From positions 1 to 57,064 of the IMG/VR virus record IMGVR_UViG_3300044981_000083: a DNA stretch of 57,064 nucleotides; one strand, given 5' to 3'. This document shows, in pieces, positions 56,377 through 57,064 of the stretch (within the stretch, counting starts at the first letter, position 1; each line of letters begins with the position of its first letter). The notes under the pieces were generated by a model, which was given only the letters and a program-made list of their open reading frames with translations, was not told the origin of the DNA and searched no databases. A program made the translations under genes and the position numbers. The stretch comes from a virus (taxonomy: Duplodnaviria; Caudoviricetes).

Positions 56377-56849
56377 AGACCACCCTGCAAATTTCTGTCC
56401 TCGTCGGATTCGTTCTTGTCTCTATCATCGGCGCATTTGTCGAGCACCTGCCGCGCTCCTATGCGGCAGAGGAACCGCGCCGCGTCACCGTGGACATGAC
56501 CATAGTGATGCTCGATCTCGACGGCAAACCGCTGAAGGATTCATTCCAGGCGACGGCAGAAGACCCGAATTGCAAGAAATGCGATGACCTGACTCTGGGG
56601 GGCGCCGTCATGCACGCGCTAGCGCAGGTTCTTCGCGACGACCAGGCCGTCACTGCCCAACGGCCGGCGTGGCTCGCGCTTGCCTTGCGCATCCAGGGCA
56701 AGAGCGATGCGACATTGAACTCCCGCGAGCAGACGCTGATCATTGATCGCATCGAGAAGGTCTATGCGTTGCTGCCGGGGAGTGTCGCGGTGACGCTGCG
56801 CGCGCCGCCGCTAATCGATGCAAATTGGAGTCCGCCGGAACTGAAATGA
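56373..56849 (+). CDS. Putative fibre assembly chaperone with signal peptide
   Basis: Hydrophobic N-terminus ending SYA-AE; DLDGKPL...LTLG...AL...LALRI. Confidence 0.6.
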   Translation: MKTTLQISVLVGFVLVSIIGAFVEHLPRSYAAEEPRRVTVDMTIVMLDLDGKPLKDSFQATAEDPNCKKCDDLTLGGAVMHALAQVLRDDQAVTAQRPAWLALALRIQGKSDATLNSREQTLIIDRIEKVYALLPGSVAVTLRAPPLIDANWSPPELK

Positions 56850-57031
56850 TCAAGCACGTCGGTGATAAATCTGCGGGACTTATGGATTACCTAACAACGC
56901 CGCCGGCATCCATGGGAACTTGGATCGATGCCGGCGGCGCTTCTCGAATGGCGATCCTCGGGGATTTTGAGGTTTCGATCTCGCTGCCCTACGAGCCGGG
57001 CGAGTGTGGAGACCGGCCATTCAAGCCCTGA
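56846..57031 (+). CDS. Hypothetical protein
   Basis: ATGA-coupled 61-aa ORF. Confidence 0.4.
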   Translation: MIKHVGDKSAGLMDYLTTPPASMGTWIDAGGASRMAILGDFEVSISLPYEPGECGDRPFKP

Positions 57032-57064
57032 TCCAGCCGTGGCCGAGTCCTTTAAGCATCTTGT
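56938..57064. repeat. Terminal direct repeat copy 2
   Basis: Identical to 1-127. Confidence 0.95.

Noticed and set aside
56938-57064. 127-bp end repeat as a biological terminal repeat
   Set aside because: The length matches a typical assembler k-mer and the repeat cuts through ORFs, so it indicates circularity only

Overview
This window is an apparently complete circular dsDNA tailed-phage genome of about 56.9 kb; bases 1-127 are repeated exactly at 56938-57064, most likely an assembly overlap. The morphogenesis module is P22-like podoviral: small and large terminase, portal, scaffold, coat, gp4- and gp10-like proteins, ejection proteins and tail spikes/fibres. There is also a primase plus D5/P4 helicase replication module, two methyltransferases, a lysis region and one tRNA-Arg(TCT). 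An alphaproteobacterial (Hyphomicrobiales-like) host is inferred from the Omp25/RopB-like porin, DUF3309-like protein, CCUCCUCCC hairpin and H-NS type. I could not recognise an integrase or a CI-type repressor. The most striking observation is that nearly all peripheral virion proteins (tail spike/fibres, their chaperones, putative decoration proteins) begin with Sec-type signal peptides and carry paired cysteines, while the core head proteins do not. Several of these genes cluster with a phage-encoded O-antigen-ligase/O-oligosaccharyltransferase-family enzyme and a TPR partner. This suggests periplasmic folding, and possibly glycosylation, of virion appendages (inference). Other highlights are a perfect chromosomal-type parS palindrome, a bipartite 43-45 bp element in five copies at gene boundaries, a cloverleaf-like non-coding element, and identical short repeats at gene junctions. 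All family assignments come from motif recognition by eye; no database searches were run.
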